Assembly: GCA_026387335.1 (NCBI GenBank)
Contig: JAPLLX010000001.1
Span: forward strand, 106,620 to 170,619
Reading direction: 5' to 3'
Source: Candidatus Omnitrophota bacterium
GTDB lineage: Bacteria > Omnitrophota > Gorgyraeia > Gygaellales > Profunditerraquicolaceae
Length of the DNA stretch: 64,000 nt
Made by a program: the position numbers and the translations under genes. Positions 50,585-59,802 of this stretch are shown here, in pieces. Position 1 is the first letter of the stretch; every line of letters begins with the position of its first letter. Below the pieces are notes generated by a model, which was given only the letters and a program-made list of their open reading frames with translations, was not told the origin of the DNA and made no database searches.

Positions 50585-51253
50585 ATGTTTAATTTAATGG
50601 TTTCTTGGCTAAAAAAAAGAGTAAAAAAGGATACTTTGTTATGGACTGCCTTAAATTACATTAAAGATATTATTATGTTTACGCCAATAGTCATCCCCAT
50701 TTACAGGAGAATTTCAAAAAATAGTATTTTTATCTTTAAAAGTGAATTAGTGGGAGCTTCCACCTTTCCAGTAAAGCTAATCAATAAGACAGTAGAATTA
50801 TTTAGTCCTAAAATGGTTTTAGACTTAGGTTGTGGTACGGGTAAATCACTTGATTATTTTCTTTCAAAACGTATAGAAGTCATTGGAGTTGAAGGTTCAA
50901 AAATAGCGATATCTGCAGCTAATCATCCGGAATTAATCATAAAGTATAACTTGGAAAAAGAATTAAAGCTTAATAAAAGGTTTGATTTAATCTGGTCATT
51001 TGAATTTGTGGAGCATATCCATCCTAAATTTATAGATAATTTATTAAAGACATTTTCAAATCATTCAAATAGAATTGTTTTGTCAGCTGCCAGGCCTGGG
51101 CAAGGGGGGAATGGGCATTTTAATGAGCAACCAGAGGCCTATTGGGTGAAGCAATTTGAAAAGTATGGATATCGATCAAACAGAGATAAAATCGAAGAAC
51201 TCAGAAATATAGATGAACTATATGCGAAGAACATGTTGGTTTTTGAAAGGTAG
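50585..51253 (+). CDS. Class I SAM-dependent methyltransferase
   Basis: LDLGCGTG, EFVEHI, SAA.PGQGG.GH.NEQ..YW. Confidence 0.85.
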   Translation: MFNLMVSWLKKRVKKDTLLWTALNYIKDIIMFTPIVIPIYRRISKNSIFIFKSELVGASTFPVKLINKTVELFSPKMVLDLGCGTGKSLDYFLSKRIEVIGVEGSKIAISAANHPELIIKYNLEKELKLNKRFDLIWSFEFVEHIHPKFIDNLLKTFSNHSNRIVLSAARPGQGGNGHFNEQPEAYWVKQFEKYGYRSNRDKIEELRNIDELYAKNMLVFER

Positions 51254-51271
51254 GATAAATATTTTTCGGGA

Positions 51272-51355
51272 AGTGAGATAATGGAACAAATGAGTTTTAT
51301 CCGTGAATGGTACGGGAAATTTGTTATTCCAATTTCAGAATTAAAGGAGGTTTAA
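51272..51355 (+). pseudogene. 3' remnant of an NDP-hexose C-methyltransferase gene
   Basis: Reads EIMEQMSFIREWYGKFVIPISELKEV*, the typical C-terminus of this family; TAATG overlap with rfbC. Confidence 0.7.
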
Positions 51356-51885
51356 TGATTTTTGAAGAAATCAAACTGAAAGGGGCTTATAGAATTGAAC
51401 TAGAACAAAAACAAGATGAGCGCGGTTTTTTTGCCCGTTCATTTTGTCAGGATGAATTTCGTAAGCACGGTATCGACTTTGGTATAGTACAATGCAACAT
51501 CTCCTTTAATAAAGAAAAAGGTACGCTTCGGGGTATGCATTATCAAATAGACCCATACGAAGAAGCAAAGCTGATTAGTTGTGTTAGGGGCGCTATCTAT
51601 GATGTAATTATAGATTTGCGCAAAGATTCCGTTACTTATTGCCAATGGTATGCATCCGAATTAACTGAGGAAGATTATAGGATGCTGTATGTTCCAAAAG
51701 GTTTTGCACACGGTTACCAAACCCTAAAGATTAATTCGGTGGTTTCTTACCAGGTGTCTGAATTCTATCATCCTGGCTTAGAAAAAGGATTGCGTTGGAA
51801 CGATCCGTCTATTGGCATACGTTGGCCCTTAAAGCCTAAAATTATTTCAAATAAAGATCTGAAATTACTTGATTTCGTAAAATAA
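51355..51885 (+). CDS. rfbC: NDP-4-keto-6-deoxyhexose 3,5-epimerase (RmlC/RfbC)
   Basis: DERGFF, GTLRGMHYQ, DLR.DS, VPKGFAHG, WNDP; GGAGG before ATG 51355. Confidence 0.9.
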   Translation: MIFEEIKLKGAYRIELEQKQDERGFFARSFCQDEFRKHGIDFGIVQCNISFNKEKGTLRGMHYQIDPYEEAKLISCVRGAIYDVIIDLRKDSVTYCQWYASELTEEDYRMLYVPKGFAHGYQTLKINSVVSYQVSEFYHPGLEKGLRWNDPSIGIRWPLKPKIISNKDLKLLDFVK

Positions 51886-51918
51886 TTCGAAGTTAGATAT
51901 TTTTCGAGGTAATACTAT

Positions 51919-52842
51919 ATGCGTGTAGCTTTGACCGGATCAACAGGGCTTATTGGTGGAGGAGTTCTTCAACTTTTGCGTTCTAACCATGAGATTGTGC
52001 GCATAGGTCGTAGGCAGGAATGTGATATGCATGTTGACCTTGCGGATATCCGAACGATAGCGACATTGGACTTGGCCGGATGTGATGCGCTTATTCATTG
52101 TGCTGGTGTCGTTGATGAAGATTTTGTTACATCGCCTCAACGGACTTGGGGTCAAGCTATAGCTGGTGCAGAGGAACTTGCCAAACGAGCACTTATCGGT
52201 GGCGTTGAAAGGATTATCTATCTCTCAACGACTCACGTGTACGGGGCTTTTCAAGGTATTATCTCGGAAGATCGTATCCCCGACCCGTCGACTCATTATG
52301 CCATTGCGCATTATGCGACTGAACAGATATTGAAAAGCTATGCCCGAAAAGGATTGAAAGTTTTTATAGTACGGCCTAATGCCGTGTACGGAATACCTGT
52401 AGATTGGGATGGGTTTGATCGTTGGGCGTTAGTTCCGTTTAATTTGCCTTTGCAGGCCGCGTATAAAGGGACGATTGTTTTAAAGACAAGCGGAGAACAG
52501 ACGAGAAATTTTATTGCGCTGGAGGATGTCGCTCAATATGTTGAGCAGTTGCTGACGGCTTCGGTTAAGGATGAGGTGATTATCCTTAATGCAGTGGGTT
52601 CGGACACATTGCGGATTGTGGACCTTGCTCAAATGTGTGCGGATATTTACTATGATTTGACAGGACGGATTTGCTTGATTGAGAAACCAGTTGCATCCGC
52701 CGGACACTTAAATGACTATCAGTTTGTTACTAGGCATACTGTTTTTAGTCCATCGCGGCATATCGGAGATTTTCTCACGGCCTTTTTAGTGCAAGTTATG
52801 GAAAAGGCAAAGAAAGGTGTAGTTTATGGACAATATGTATAA
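51919..52842 (+). CDS. NAD-dependent epimerase/dehydratase
   Basis: TGSTGLIG, HCAG, STTHVYG, YAIAH (YxxxK changed to YxxxH), GEQTRNF. Confidence 0.8.
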   Translation: MRVALTGSTGLIGGGVLQLLRSNHEIVRIGRRQECDMHVDLADIRTIATLDLAGCDALIHCAGVVDEDFVTSPQRTWGQAIAGAEELAKRALIGGVERIIYLSTTHVYGAFQGIISEDRIPDPSTHYAIAHYATEQILKSYARKGLKVFIVRPNAVYGIPVDWDGFDRWALVPFNLPLQAAYKGTIVLKTSGEQTRNFIALEDVAQYVEQLLTASVKDEVIILNAVGSDTLRIVDLAQMCADIYYDLTGRICLIEKPVASAGHLNDYQFVTRHTVFSPSRHIGDFLTAFLVQVMEKAKKGVVYGQYV

Positions 52843-53587
52843 TGGAATAAAGGCATCTGATCCTGTTGCAGAATTTCAAAAAGAGCGTAAACAAGCGATT
52901 GAAGAGATGGCACAGGATGAAGCGTTGAGAAAAAAATCTCTCGATTGGATGCTGCACGCTGACAAGTATAAATATAGCTATAATTTTACCTGGATGGGAC
53001 GCCCGATCATCAAACTTCCGCAGGATATCATTGCGATTCAGGAACTTATATGGAGCACAAAACCGGATTTGATCATTGAAACGGGTATCGCTCACGGTGG
53101 TTCGATAATCTTCTCCGCCTCGATGCTGGAATTGGTCGGAAAAGGAGAGGTGTTTGCGGTCGATATAGATATAAGGAAACATAATCGGATTCTGATTGAG
53201 GCGCATCCGATGTTCAAGAGAATCACTATGATTGAAGGCAGTTCAGTTGAGAAGGCGATCTTTAATAAGATCTCTATTGCGGCTAAGGGTAAGAAAAAAG
53301 TTATGGTCATTCTTGATTCGCTTCATACGCATGACCATGTCCTGAAAGAGTTGCGGCTCTACTCAAAGTTAGTCACAATAGGGTGCCATCTTATTTTACC
53401 GGATACGTTTATAGAATTTTTCCCTAAAGGGTATTTTTCGAACCGCCCCTGGGATGTGGGGAGTAATACGATGACGGCTCTTAAAGAATTCTTGCGGGAT
53501 AATAAAGAATTTGTTATCGACCATTCAGTCAACGACAAATTGGTAATTAGCGAGGGGATTGATGGGTATCTTAAACGGATAAGGTGA
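52826..53587 (+). CDS. CmcI/cephalosporin-hydroxylase family sugar O-methyltransferase
   Basis: YSYNFTWMGRPII..PQD, KPDLIIETGIAHGGS, LDS.HTHDHV. Confidence 0.85.
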   Translation: MDNMYNGIKASDPVAEFQKERKQAIEEMAQDEALRKKSLDWMLHADKYKYSYNFTWMGRPIIKLPQDIIAIQELIWSTKPDLIIETGIAHGGSIIFSASMLELVGKGEVFAVDIDIRKHNRILIEAHPMFKRITMIEGSSVEKAIFNKISIAAKGKKKVMVILDSLHTHDHVLKELRLYSKLVTIGCHLILPDTFIEFFPKGYFSNRPWDVGSNTMTALKEFLRDNKEFVIDHSVNDKLVISEGIDGYLKRIR

Positions 53588-53674
53588 CTCATAACCTTAG
53601 TTTTATGCAAAAGAATACGAGTTATTTCCGGGAAGAAAATGTTTTAAGTAAACACTTGTTGTAGTTTTAGGAAA

Positions 53675-54160
53675 ATGCTTAAAATTTCAAGACAGGCTAA
53701 AATATCAAAGTTCGCTGATATAGAAGATTCCCTTAGGGGATCAATATTATTAATTGATCAAGGGGTGCATATAGATTCTTTTGTTAAAATAAAATTTGTT
53801 GGCGGTAGCGGAGATATTAGAATAGGGGAAAACACTTATATTAATTCGGGGACGGTTATTTATTCGGGAAATGGAATTTCGATAGGAAAGAATGTGCTTA
53901 TTGCATCCAACTGTTCTTTAGCCCCAACCAATCATGCGATAAAAAAAGATAAGAACATAATTGCTCAGAGATTTATGCCGAGCAGGGGAGGGATTATTAT
54001 CGAAGATGATGTTTGGATTGGCGCGAACACAGTGATATTAGATGGAGCAATTCTCCGTAAAGGTTGTGTAGTAGGCGCGCATTCATTAGTTAATAAGGAA
54101 TTAGAGGGCTACTCAATTAATGTCGGTAGTCCTACAAAGAAGATCGGCTATAGAGAATGA
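53675..54160 (+). CDS. Hexapeptide-repeat (LbH) acyltransferase
   Basis: IGENTYINSG, IGKNVLIA, IEDDVWIGAN, GSP. Confidence 0.85.
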   Translation: MLKISRQAKISKFADIEDSLRGSILLIDQGVHIDSFVKIKFVGGSGDIRIGENTYINSGTVIYSGNGISIGKNVLIASNCSLAPTNHAIKKDKNIIAQRFMPSRGGIIIEDDVWIGANTVILDGAILRKGCVVGAHSLVNKELEGYSINVGSPTKKIGYRE

Positions 54161-54235
54161 AATTTACTGTTTTTAGATCCAAGAAAAGAATGTGAAAAAT
54201 TTATAATTACCCGCTAGTTAAAGGTTAATTACTAA

Positions 54236-55183
54236 ATGCTAAGAGAAAAAACATTACCAAGAGTAAGCGTAGGTTTACCTACTTATAACCGGGCTATTAC
54301 CTTAAAACAGACGATCAATAGTGTGCTTAATCAGGATTATGCCAATATTGAGTTAATTATTTCTGATAATGCTTCTACTGATCAAACACAGGCGATTTGC
54401 GAAGGGTTTGGTTGTAAGGATGGGCGTGTAAAATACATTCGTCAAGAATATAACCGTGGCCCAGTAGCAAATTTTAGAGAGGCATTGAATAATTCAAGCG
54501 GAGAATTTTTTATGTGGTTATCTGATGATGACTGGCTGGACAGTTCCTACATCAGCGAATGCGTGAAAACTTTACTCAAAGAAAAAGACCTGTCCTTAGT
54601 GGCCGGAAAGACAATTTACTACCATTCAGATAATTCTTCCTACGAAGAAACTATAATCAACCACTTGCAAAATAGCGGGGTAATCCGCCTCTTGGATTAT
54701 TATGTCAGATTAAGGAGCAACTCTTTCTTTTACGGGGTGATGAGAAGGAAAGACTTAGAGAATGTAAGGTTTCCCAATACTATCGGGACAGATGGTTTGA
54801 TTATGGCGGTAATCGTTTATCTGGGGAAAACAAGAGTGTTAGACAATATCTCCATCCATCGTAGACTTGGCGGTTCATCGGCCAATTTTAGAAAACTGGC
54901 CTCTATACTGAAATTGCCTAAACTTGAAGTTCTGTTTCCGGTGGTGGGTTTCGCGGTCCACGCCTTTAAGGACATATCCTTTAGAGTGCCTATTTTCTCA
55001 AGGTTAGGTAAGGTAAGAAGGCATATTATAGCTATTTACGTATTTTTCATAATTATTTTTATGAAATCCGTGCCTCTTATGTTTATAGAATCATCTAAAA
55101 ATGTGTTAAAATTATGCTTCGGGGAAAGGCGTACAAAAGAAATAAGATCTTTCTTGAAGAAAATCATAGTGCGTAGTGTTTAG
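54236..55183 (+). CDS. Glycosyltransferase family 2
   Basis: VSVGLPTYN, ISDNASTD, WLSDDD. Confidence 0.9.
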   Translation: MLREKTLPRVSVGLPTYNRAITLKQTINSVLNQDYANIELIISDNASTDQTQAICEGFGCKDGRVKYIRQEYNRGPVANFREALNNSSGEFFMWLSDDDWLDSSYISECVKTLLKEKDLSLVAGKTIYYHSDNSSYEETIINHLQNSGVIRLLDYYVRLRSNSFFYGVMRRKDLENVRFPNTIGTDGLIMAVIVYLGKTRVLDNISIHRRLGGSSANFRKLASILKLPKLEVLFPVVGFAVHAFKDISFRVPIFSRLGKVRRHIIAIYVFFIIIFMKSVPLMFIESSKNVLKLCFGERRTKEIRSFLKKIIVRSV

Positions 55184-55200
55184 TTAATTAAGTCATATCT

Positions 55201-56100
55201 ATGCTTACTTATTCAGTAATTATTTGCACGTTGGATCGTGCTGAAGATTTGAAAAGGTGTATTGCATCCTGGTTGAAACAGAAACCATTGCCACACGATA
55301 TTGTGGTTGTGCATGGCAGGCAAGAAGGGATACTCGAAGAAGAATTACGAAAACTTCTAGTTGGCTCAGCTGTTGAGTTGTGTTATCTACGGATGCCTCC
55401 TTCACTGGTGCGTCAGAGAAACTCCGGGATACGGCAGGCAAAAGGTGATGTGGTATTTTTTGCGGACGACGACGCGGTTTATCTGGACGGCTATGCGCAA
55501 GCTATTCTTGATGTATATCAGGCGGATGTTACTGGTTCGATTGGAGGTGTTCAGGGAACGATTGAAAATTTTGATTTAGGGCCGGCTGAAAGATGCGGTT
55601 TCTCAAAGTTTTTCTTACTAACATGTTTCGGCAACGGCTCTCTTCAGTTATCGGCTTGGCCTGCTTTTTGTCGGTCAACCAGTAATCTCGCGCAGGTAGA
55701 AATCTTTTCAGGACCGGCAATGTCGTATCGTAAAAAGGTGCTGCAAGAATTCCAGTTTAATGAAATGTTTGCGCGTTATTGGGTTGGTGATGATTTTGAG
55801 ATGTCTTATCGCGTTTCCCGGAAATATAAATTATTCCAGACATCAGATGCGCGATTATTGCATTATATGTCTCCGGTAAGTCGGGATAGTGAGCGGCGAA
55901 AATGCAAAATGGTAGTGGTTAACCATTATTTTTTGATGCGTAAGTTTTTTGGTTCTACGTGGAAATCTTGGGCTTATTGGTGTTGGTCTGAGCTCGGACT
56001 ATGGATGATCGCAGTTCTTTGTCTGGTTGCTGGGAGAGGACCCGCTCGGTTTTTAGGCATGATTGATGGATACCGGGAACTTTGGGGTATGAGGAGATAA
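55201..56100 (+). CDS. Glycosyltransferase family 2
   Basis: SVIICT.DR, QRNSG, FFADDD, GDDFE.SYR. Confidence 0.85.
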   Translation: MLTYSVIICTLDRAEDLKRCIASWLKQKPLPHDIVVVHGRQEGILEEELRKLLVGSAVELCYLRMPPSLVRQRNSGIRQAKGDVVFFADDDAVYLDGYAQAILDVYQADVTGSIGGVQGTIENFDLGPAERCGFSKFFLLTCFGNGSLQLSAWPAFCRSTSNLAQVEIFSGPAMSYRKKVLQEFQFNEMFARYWVGDDFEMSYRVSRKYKLFQTSDARLLHYMSPVSRDSERRKCKMVVVNHYFLMRKFFGSTWKSWAYWCWSELGLWMIAVLCLVAGRGPARFLGMIDGYRELWGMRR

Positions 56101-56103
56101 ACA

Positions 56104-57045
56104 ATGAAAATACTTGTTACTGGTGCGGCAGGAATGTTAGGTTATGCTCTTTGTCCAATTTTACTTGAACAGGGACATCAAGTTTTGGCTACGGATATTC
56201 AAATATTGACGCGGGATATCCAAAGATTGGATGTACGTGATTTGAAACAAGTTGTAGATTTCTGTGGGTTTAATGCGCCGGATGCGGTGATGCATCTTGC
56301 TGCCGAGACTAACTTAGAATTGTGTGAAAATGATGTACGGTATGCTTATTTAACGAATACTATAGGTACTCGCAACTTAGCTTGGGTTTGTAGAGACCTG
56401 GATATACCTATGGTATATATCAGTAGCATTGGTGTTTTTGATGGAACAAAATCTGATCCGTATGATGAAAATGATGTGCCTAATCCTATTAATGTATATG
56501 GGCGTACGAAATGGGCAGGTGAAATCATAGTTGAATCAGTTTTGAAAAAATACTTTATTGTACGGGCAGGTTGGATGATTGGCGGAGGTGAACGGGAAAA
56601 GAAATTTGTGGCATTAATCATCCAGCAGATACGCAATGGTTCGCGGCAGATTCAGGTAGTTACCGATAAAATAGGAACTCCGACTTATAACGTAGATTTT
56701 GCGCGAGGCCTTACCTGGTTAGTGTCTTCAAAGCACTATGGAACCTATAATTTGTCTTCCGGAGCAATTGTTTCACGATATCAAGTTGCCCAAAAAATCT
56801 TGCAGGTGCTTGGACGGAGTGATGTCGTTTTGATTGGTGTTACCTCAGATTCGCAATATATCCGGGATAATTTTCCTACGTTACGGCCACTGTCGGAAAC
56901 TATGCGCAGTATTAAGACGGCGACGTTGAATTTGAATTGTATGCGTTCGTGGGATGTTGCTCTGGAAGAGTACCTGAAGGAAAATTACAAAGAGGACATA
57001 GTGGCTTTAGGTTTTGATGCTAAACTGGGTAGTAAGAAAGTTTGA
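56104..57045 (+). CDS. rfbD: dTDP-4-dehydrorhamnose reductase-like (RmlD)
   Basis: GAAGMLG, HLAAET, VFDG, PNPINVYGRTK, GTPT, RP. Confidence 0.8.
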   Translation: MKILVTGAAGMLGYALCPILLEQGHQVLATDIQILTRDIQRLDVRDLKQVVDFCGFNAPDAVMHLAAETNLELCENDVRYAYLTNTIGTRNLAWVCRDLDIPMVYISSIGVFDGTKSDPYDENDVPNPINVYGRTKWAGEIIVESVLKKYFIVRAGWMIGGGEREKKFVALIIQQIRNGSRQIQVVTDKIGTPTYNVDFARGLTWLVSSKHYGTYNLSSGAIVSRYQVAQKILQVLGRSDVVLIGVTSDSQYIRDNFPTLRPLSETMRSIKTATLNLNCMRSWDVALEEYLKENYKEDIVALGFDAKLGSKKV

Positions 57046-57082
57046 GTAGCGGATCAATAAGAGATATTATAAGAAGGAATCT

Positions 57083-58630
57083 ATGATACCTTATAGCGAA
57101 AAGAAAATTAAAGAAAATATAAAAACGGAAACGAATAAATTTATTGATTATACAGGCCTATTTTTTATAGGTATTCTATCAGTTGGTTATTTATTATATT
57201 ATAGAAGTTTCGCTAAATTACATATTGATTTAATTTTTATAAAGGCTCCGTTTTTTGTTAGTGATATAACATTTGCGGTTTGTGGCCTTTTATTTTTCCT
57301 AAAATGGTTAATGAACCGTAAAAATTTTAATATTTTTACTTATTTATTTTTATTTTATTGCGGATTTGTAGTAATAAAAACAATTGTTGGTTATATTAAT
57401 TGGGGGCCGCTATCATTAAGGCATGCTGTTTTGTTCTGCTACCCTATATTTGCGATTTTTAGTTACAGTTTTTATCGAAATGATTTTTTTGAGCCTAAAA
57501 TGACAATATTCCTTATTGTGGTATTTATTTTTATTCTCAAGTTTTGTATATTTCATCTCTATTTTAGTCTGACATTGTTTATAATAACGTTAATTTTAAT
57601 TAATGCTTATCCGGTAAAGTTAATAAAATATACCCTGTATTTTTTGCTGTTATTGGTTTTTCCATATAAATTACTTTTTAATACTTCAAGAACTTTTATG
57701 ACAGCTAATTTGCTTGCTATGATGTATATAAGTTTTAGTTCCTTATTTATTTCTAAAATTAAGAGTAAGTATAAGTTTATTTTTTTACTTCTTTTTTTAC
57801 TTTTTGTTTTTTTGGGTCTGACAAAAGGAAGTAGGCCGAATGAAGTGGAGTCTTTAGTAAGATTTAAAGGGCTTATGAAAAGATATAATGAAACGAAGGA
57901 GCTCATACGCGTTAAGGAACTCGCATTTGTACCGCTAAAATTAGGTATAAAATTATATAATGAAGAAAGCGAGGGAGCTGAAAAAAAAATTAAATATAAC
58001 TCAGTGCCTGGATTAAGTACTAGATATGATGACAAATTAGTGGCGCCTCCAGTACTCGTCAAGAATATGAATTATCAGCCTAAATCTTTTAGCCAGACTA
58101 ATCTAAATAAAGAAAAGAAGGAAGAAATTAGTATTGCTCTGGATGAAAAGTCAAAAGAAGCCGACATTACTATTCCTCCTAGGGAAATTGAAGTTGCCTA
58201 CTCTACTAGTATATTCAGAATTTTAATTTGGAAGGATGTTTTTAAAGAACTAAAGACAGTGCGTCCCTTATTTGGTTTTAATTTTGGTAAGCCCTTTCGT
58301 TCTCAATCGCTTGAAATTACGGGTAATGCCATAGGCGAATGGAGTAGGGATGGATGGATTTGCCTGCATAATTCTTATGTTGACATAGTTTACCGTGCCG
58401 GCATTGTGGGTATATTAATGGTAGCCTTTATTCTAATTATGCTTTTTTCTCTCATAAAGATCTCTTTCCGGAATCGATCCCTAGCTGGGATTCTATTAAC
58501 CGGAATCTTAATAAATTGGTTTATAGCGGCTAACTTTCTGGAGATTTTAGAAATGCCGTATAGCGCAATTCCTCTGTGGAGTTTATTTGGATTAACCTCT
58601 GCTTATCTATTTAAAAATAAGACTGTATGA
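57083..58630 (+). CDS. O-antigen ligase/polymerase-like membrane protein (Wzy_C family)
   Basis: Multi-TM; TSRT, FRILIW, PLFG..FG, HNSY...YRAG..G. Confidence 0.75.
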   Translation: MIPYSEKKIKENIKTETNKFIDYTGLFFIGILSVGYLLYYRSFAKLHIDLIFIKAPFFVSDITFAVCGLLFFLKWLMNRKNFNIFTYLFLFYCGFVVIKTIVGYINWGPLSLRHAVLFCYPIFAIFSYSFYRNDFFEPKMTIFLIVVFIFILKFCIFHLYFSLTLFIITLILINAYPVKLIKYTLYFLLLLVFPYKLLFNTSRTFMTANLLAMMYISFSSLFISKIKSKYKFIFLLLFLLFVFLGLTKGSRPNEVESLVRFKGLMKRYNETKELIRVKELAFVPLKLGIKLYNEESEGAEKKIKYNSVPGLSTRYDDKLVAPPVLVKNMNYQPKSFSQTNLNKEKKEEISIALDEKSKEADITIPPREIEVAYSTSIFRILIWKDVFKELKTVRPLFGFNFGKPFRSQSLEITGNAIGEWSRDGWICLHNSYVDIVYRAGIVGILMVAFILIMLFSLIKISFRNRSLAGILLTGILINWFIAANFLEILEMPYSAIPLWSLFGLTSAYLFKNKTV

Positions 58631-59802
58631 AAATTTTAATCATTCACAATCACTATTTAGAAAAAGGCGGGGAAGATGGAGTAGTTAGCGCAGAGGCAAA
58701 ATTATTAGAAGGAAAAGGACACAAAGTAGTCCTTTATGAGAAATCAAATGAATATATCAAAAGATTGCCGCTTTTTAAGAAACTTATTTTTATATTACTA
58801 GAACTAAATTTCTCCAAGACTGTTTATAGAGAAGTAAAAGAAATTGTAAAAAGGGAAAAGCCCGATATCGCACATATACATAATGTATTTTTTCGTATTA
58901 CACCTTCGGTGTATTTTGCTTTAAAAGAAGAGAACGTACCGATCGTACAGTCCCTTCATAATTACAGGTTTTTTTGTCTTAGGGGTACGTTTTTTAATAA
59001 TGGAGCGGTTTGCGAAAAATGTAAAAATAAGCAATTTTTTAATGCTGTAATAAGAAAATGTTGGAGAAATTCTTTTTTTCCTCCACTCTTCCTGGCAAAT
59101 CTTCTCTACAAAGGTAAGTCTTTTTTGAAAAATATAGATTCATATATCGTAACAAGTAAGTTTAGCAGAGATAAGTTTATTGAATTAGGATTAGAGGAAG
59201 AAAGGATGTTTTTAAAGGTAAATTTTTTAACAAGCGAACCGGAAGGGAATATTCAGGATTGTAACTACGCTTTATTTCTTGGCAGGCTTGTTGATTATAA
59301 GGGCATAGAAACATTAATGAAAGCTTTTGAAATAGGTCCTTCTTTTAATTTAAAGATTATTGGCGATGGCCCGTTAAAAAGAGAGGTGCAAAGTTTTGCT
59401 TCTTCACGCAATAATGTTGAATGGTTAGGAAGGATCAAAAAGGATTCGGTTCTTGAGGTAATAAAAAACTCATCTTTCGTAATTTTCCCTTCAGAATGTT
59501 ACGAAAATATGCCTTTGGTACTAATGGAAAGCTTTTCTTTTTCTAAGCCAGTTTTAGCGAGTAGATTAGGGGCTATTAAAGAATTTGTCATTGATGGAGT
59601 TAATGGTATTTTGTTCGAACCGGGTAATGTAAGAGATTTAGCCGCAAAGATTTCTTATCTATTCTCCCATAATAAAGAGCGGACAGAAATGGGTAAAAAC
59701 GCCAATAAAATTTATCGAGAGCAGTTTAATAAAGAGAAAAACTATAAAGACTTAATGAGTATTTATACGGGAACAATTAATTCAAAAGTAAAGATGAAAT
59801 GA
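58627..59802 (+). CDS. Glycosyltransferase family 4
   Basis: HNHY...GGED, HIHN, SLHNYR, GRL..YKG, PSECYENMP. Confidence 0.9.
   Translation: MKILIIHNHYLEKGGEDGVVSAEAKLLEGKGHKVVLYEKSNEYIKRLPLFKKLIFILLELNFSKTVYREVKEIVKREKPDIAHIHNVFFRITPSVYFALKEENVPIVQSLHNYRFFCLRGTFFNNGAVCEKCKNKQFFNAVIRKCWRNSFFPPLFLANLLYKGKSFLKNIDSYIVTSKFSRDKFIELGLEEERMFLKVNFLTSEPEGNIQDCNYALFLGRLVDYKGIETLMKAFEIGPSFNLKIIGDGPLKREVQSFASSRNNVEWLGRIKKDSVLEVIKNSSFVIFPSECYENMPLVLMESFSFSKPVLASRLGAIKEFVIDGVNGILFEPGNVRDLAAKISYLFSHNKERTEMGKNANKIYREQFNKEKNYKDLMSIYTGTINSKVKMK

Noticed and set aside
20065-51355. Stop-codon readthrough or recoding to explain in-frame tails after stops
   Set aside because: All three stop types end complete proteins across the window, and the tails resemble unrelated families; deletion scars are the simpler explanation
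53801-53812. GGCGGTAG resembling the ops/JUMPstart element
   Set aside because: Inside a CDS (Gly-Gly-Ser), lacks the downstream TG and is far from the locus leader
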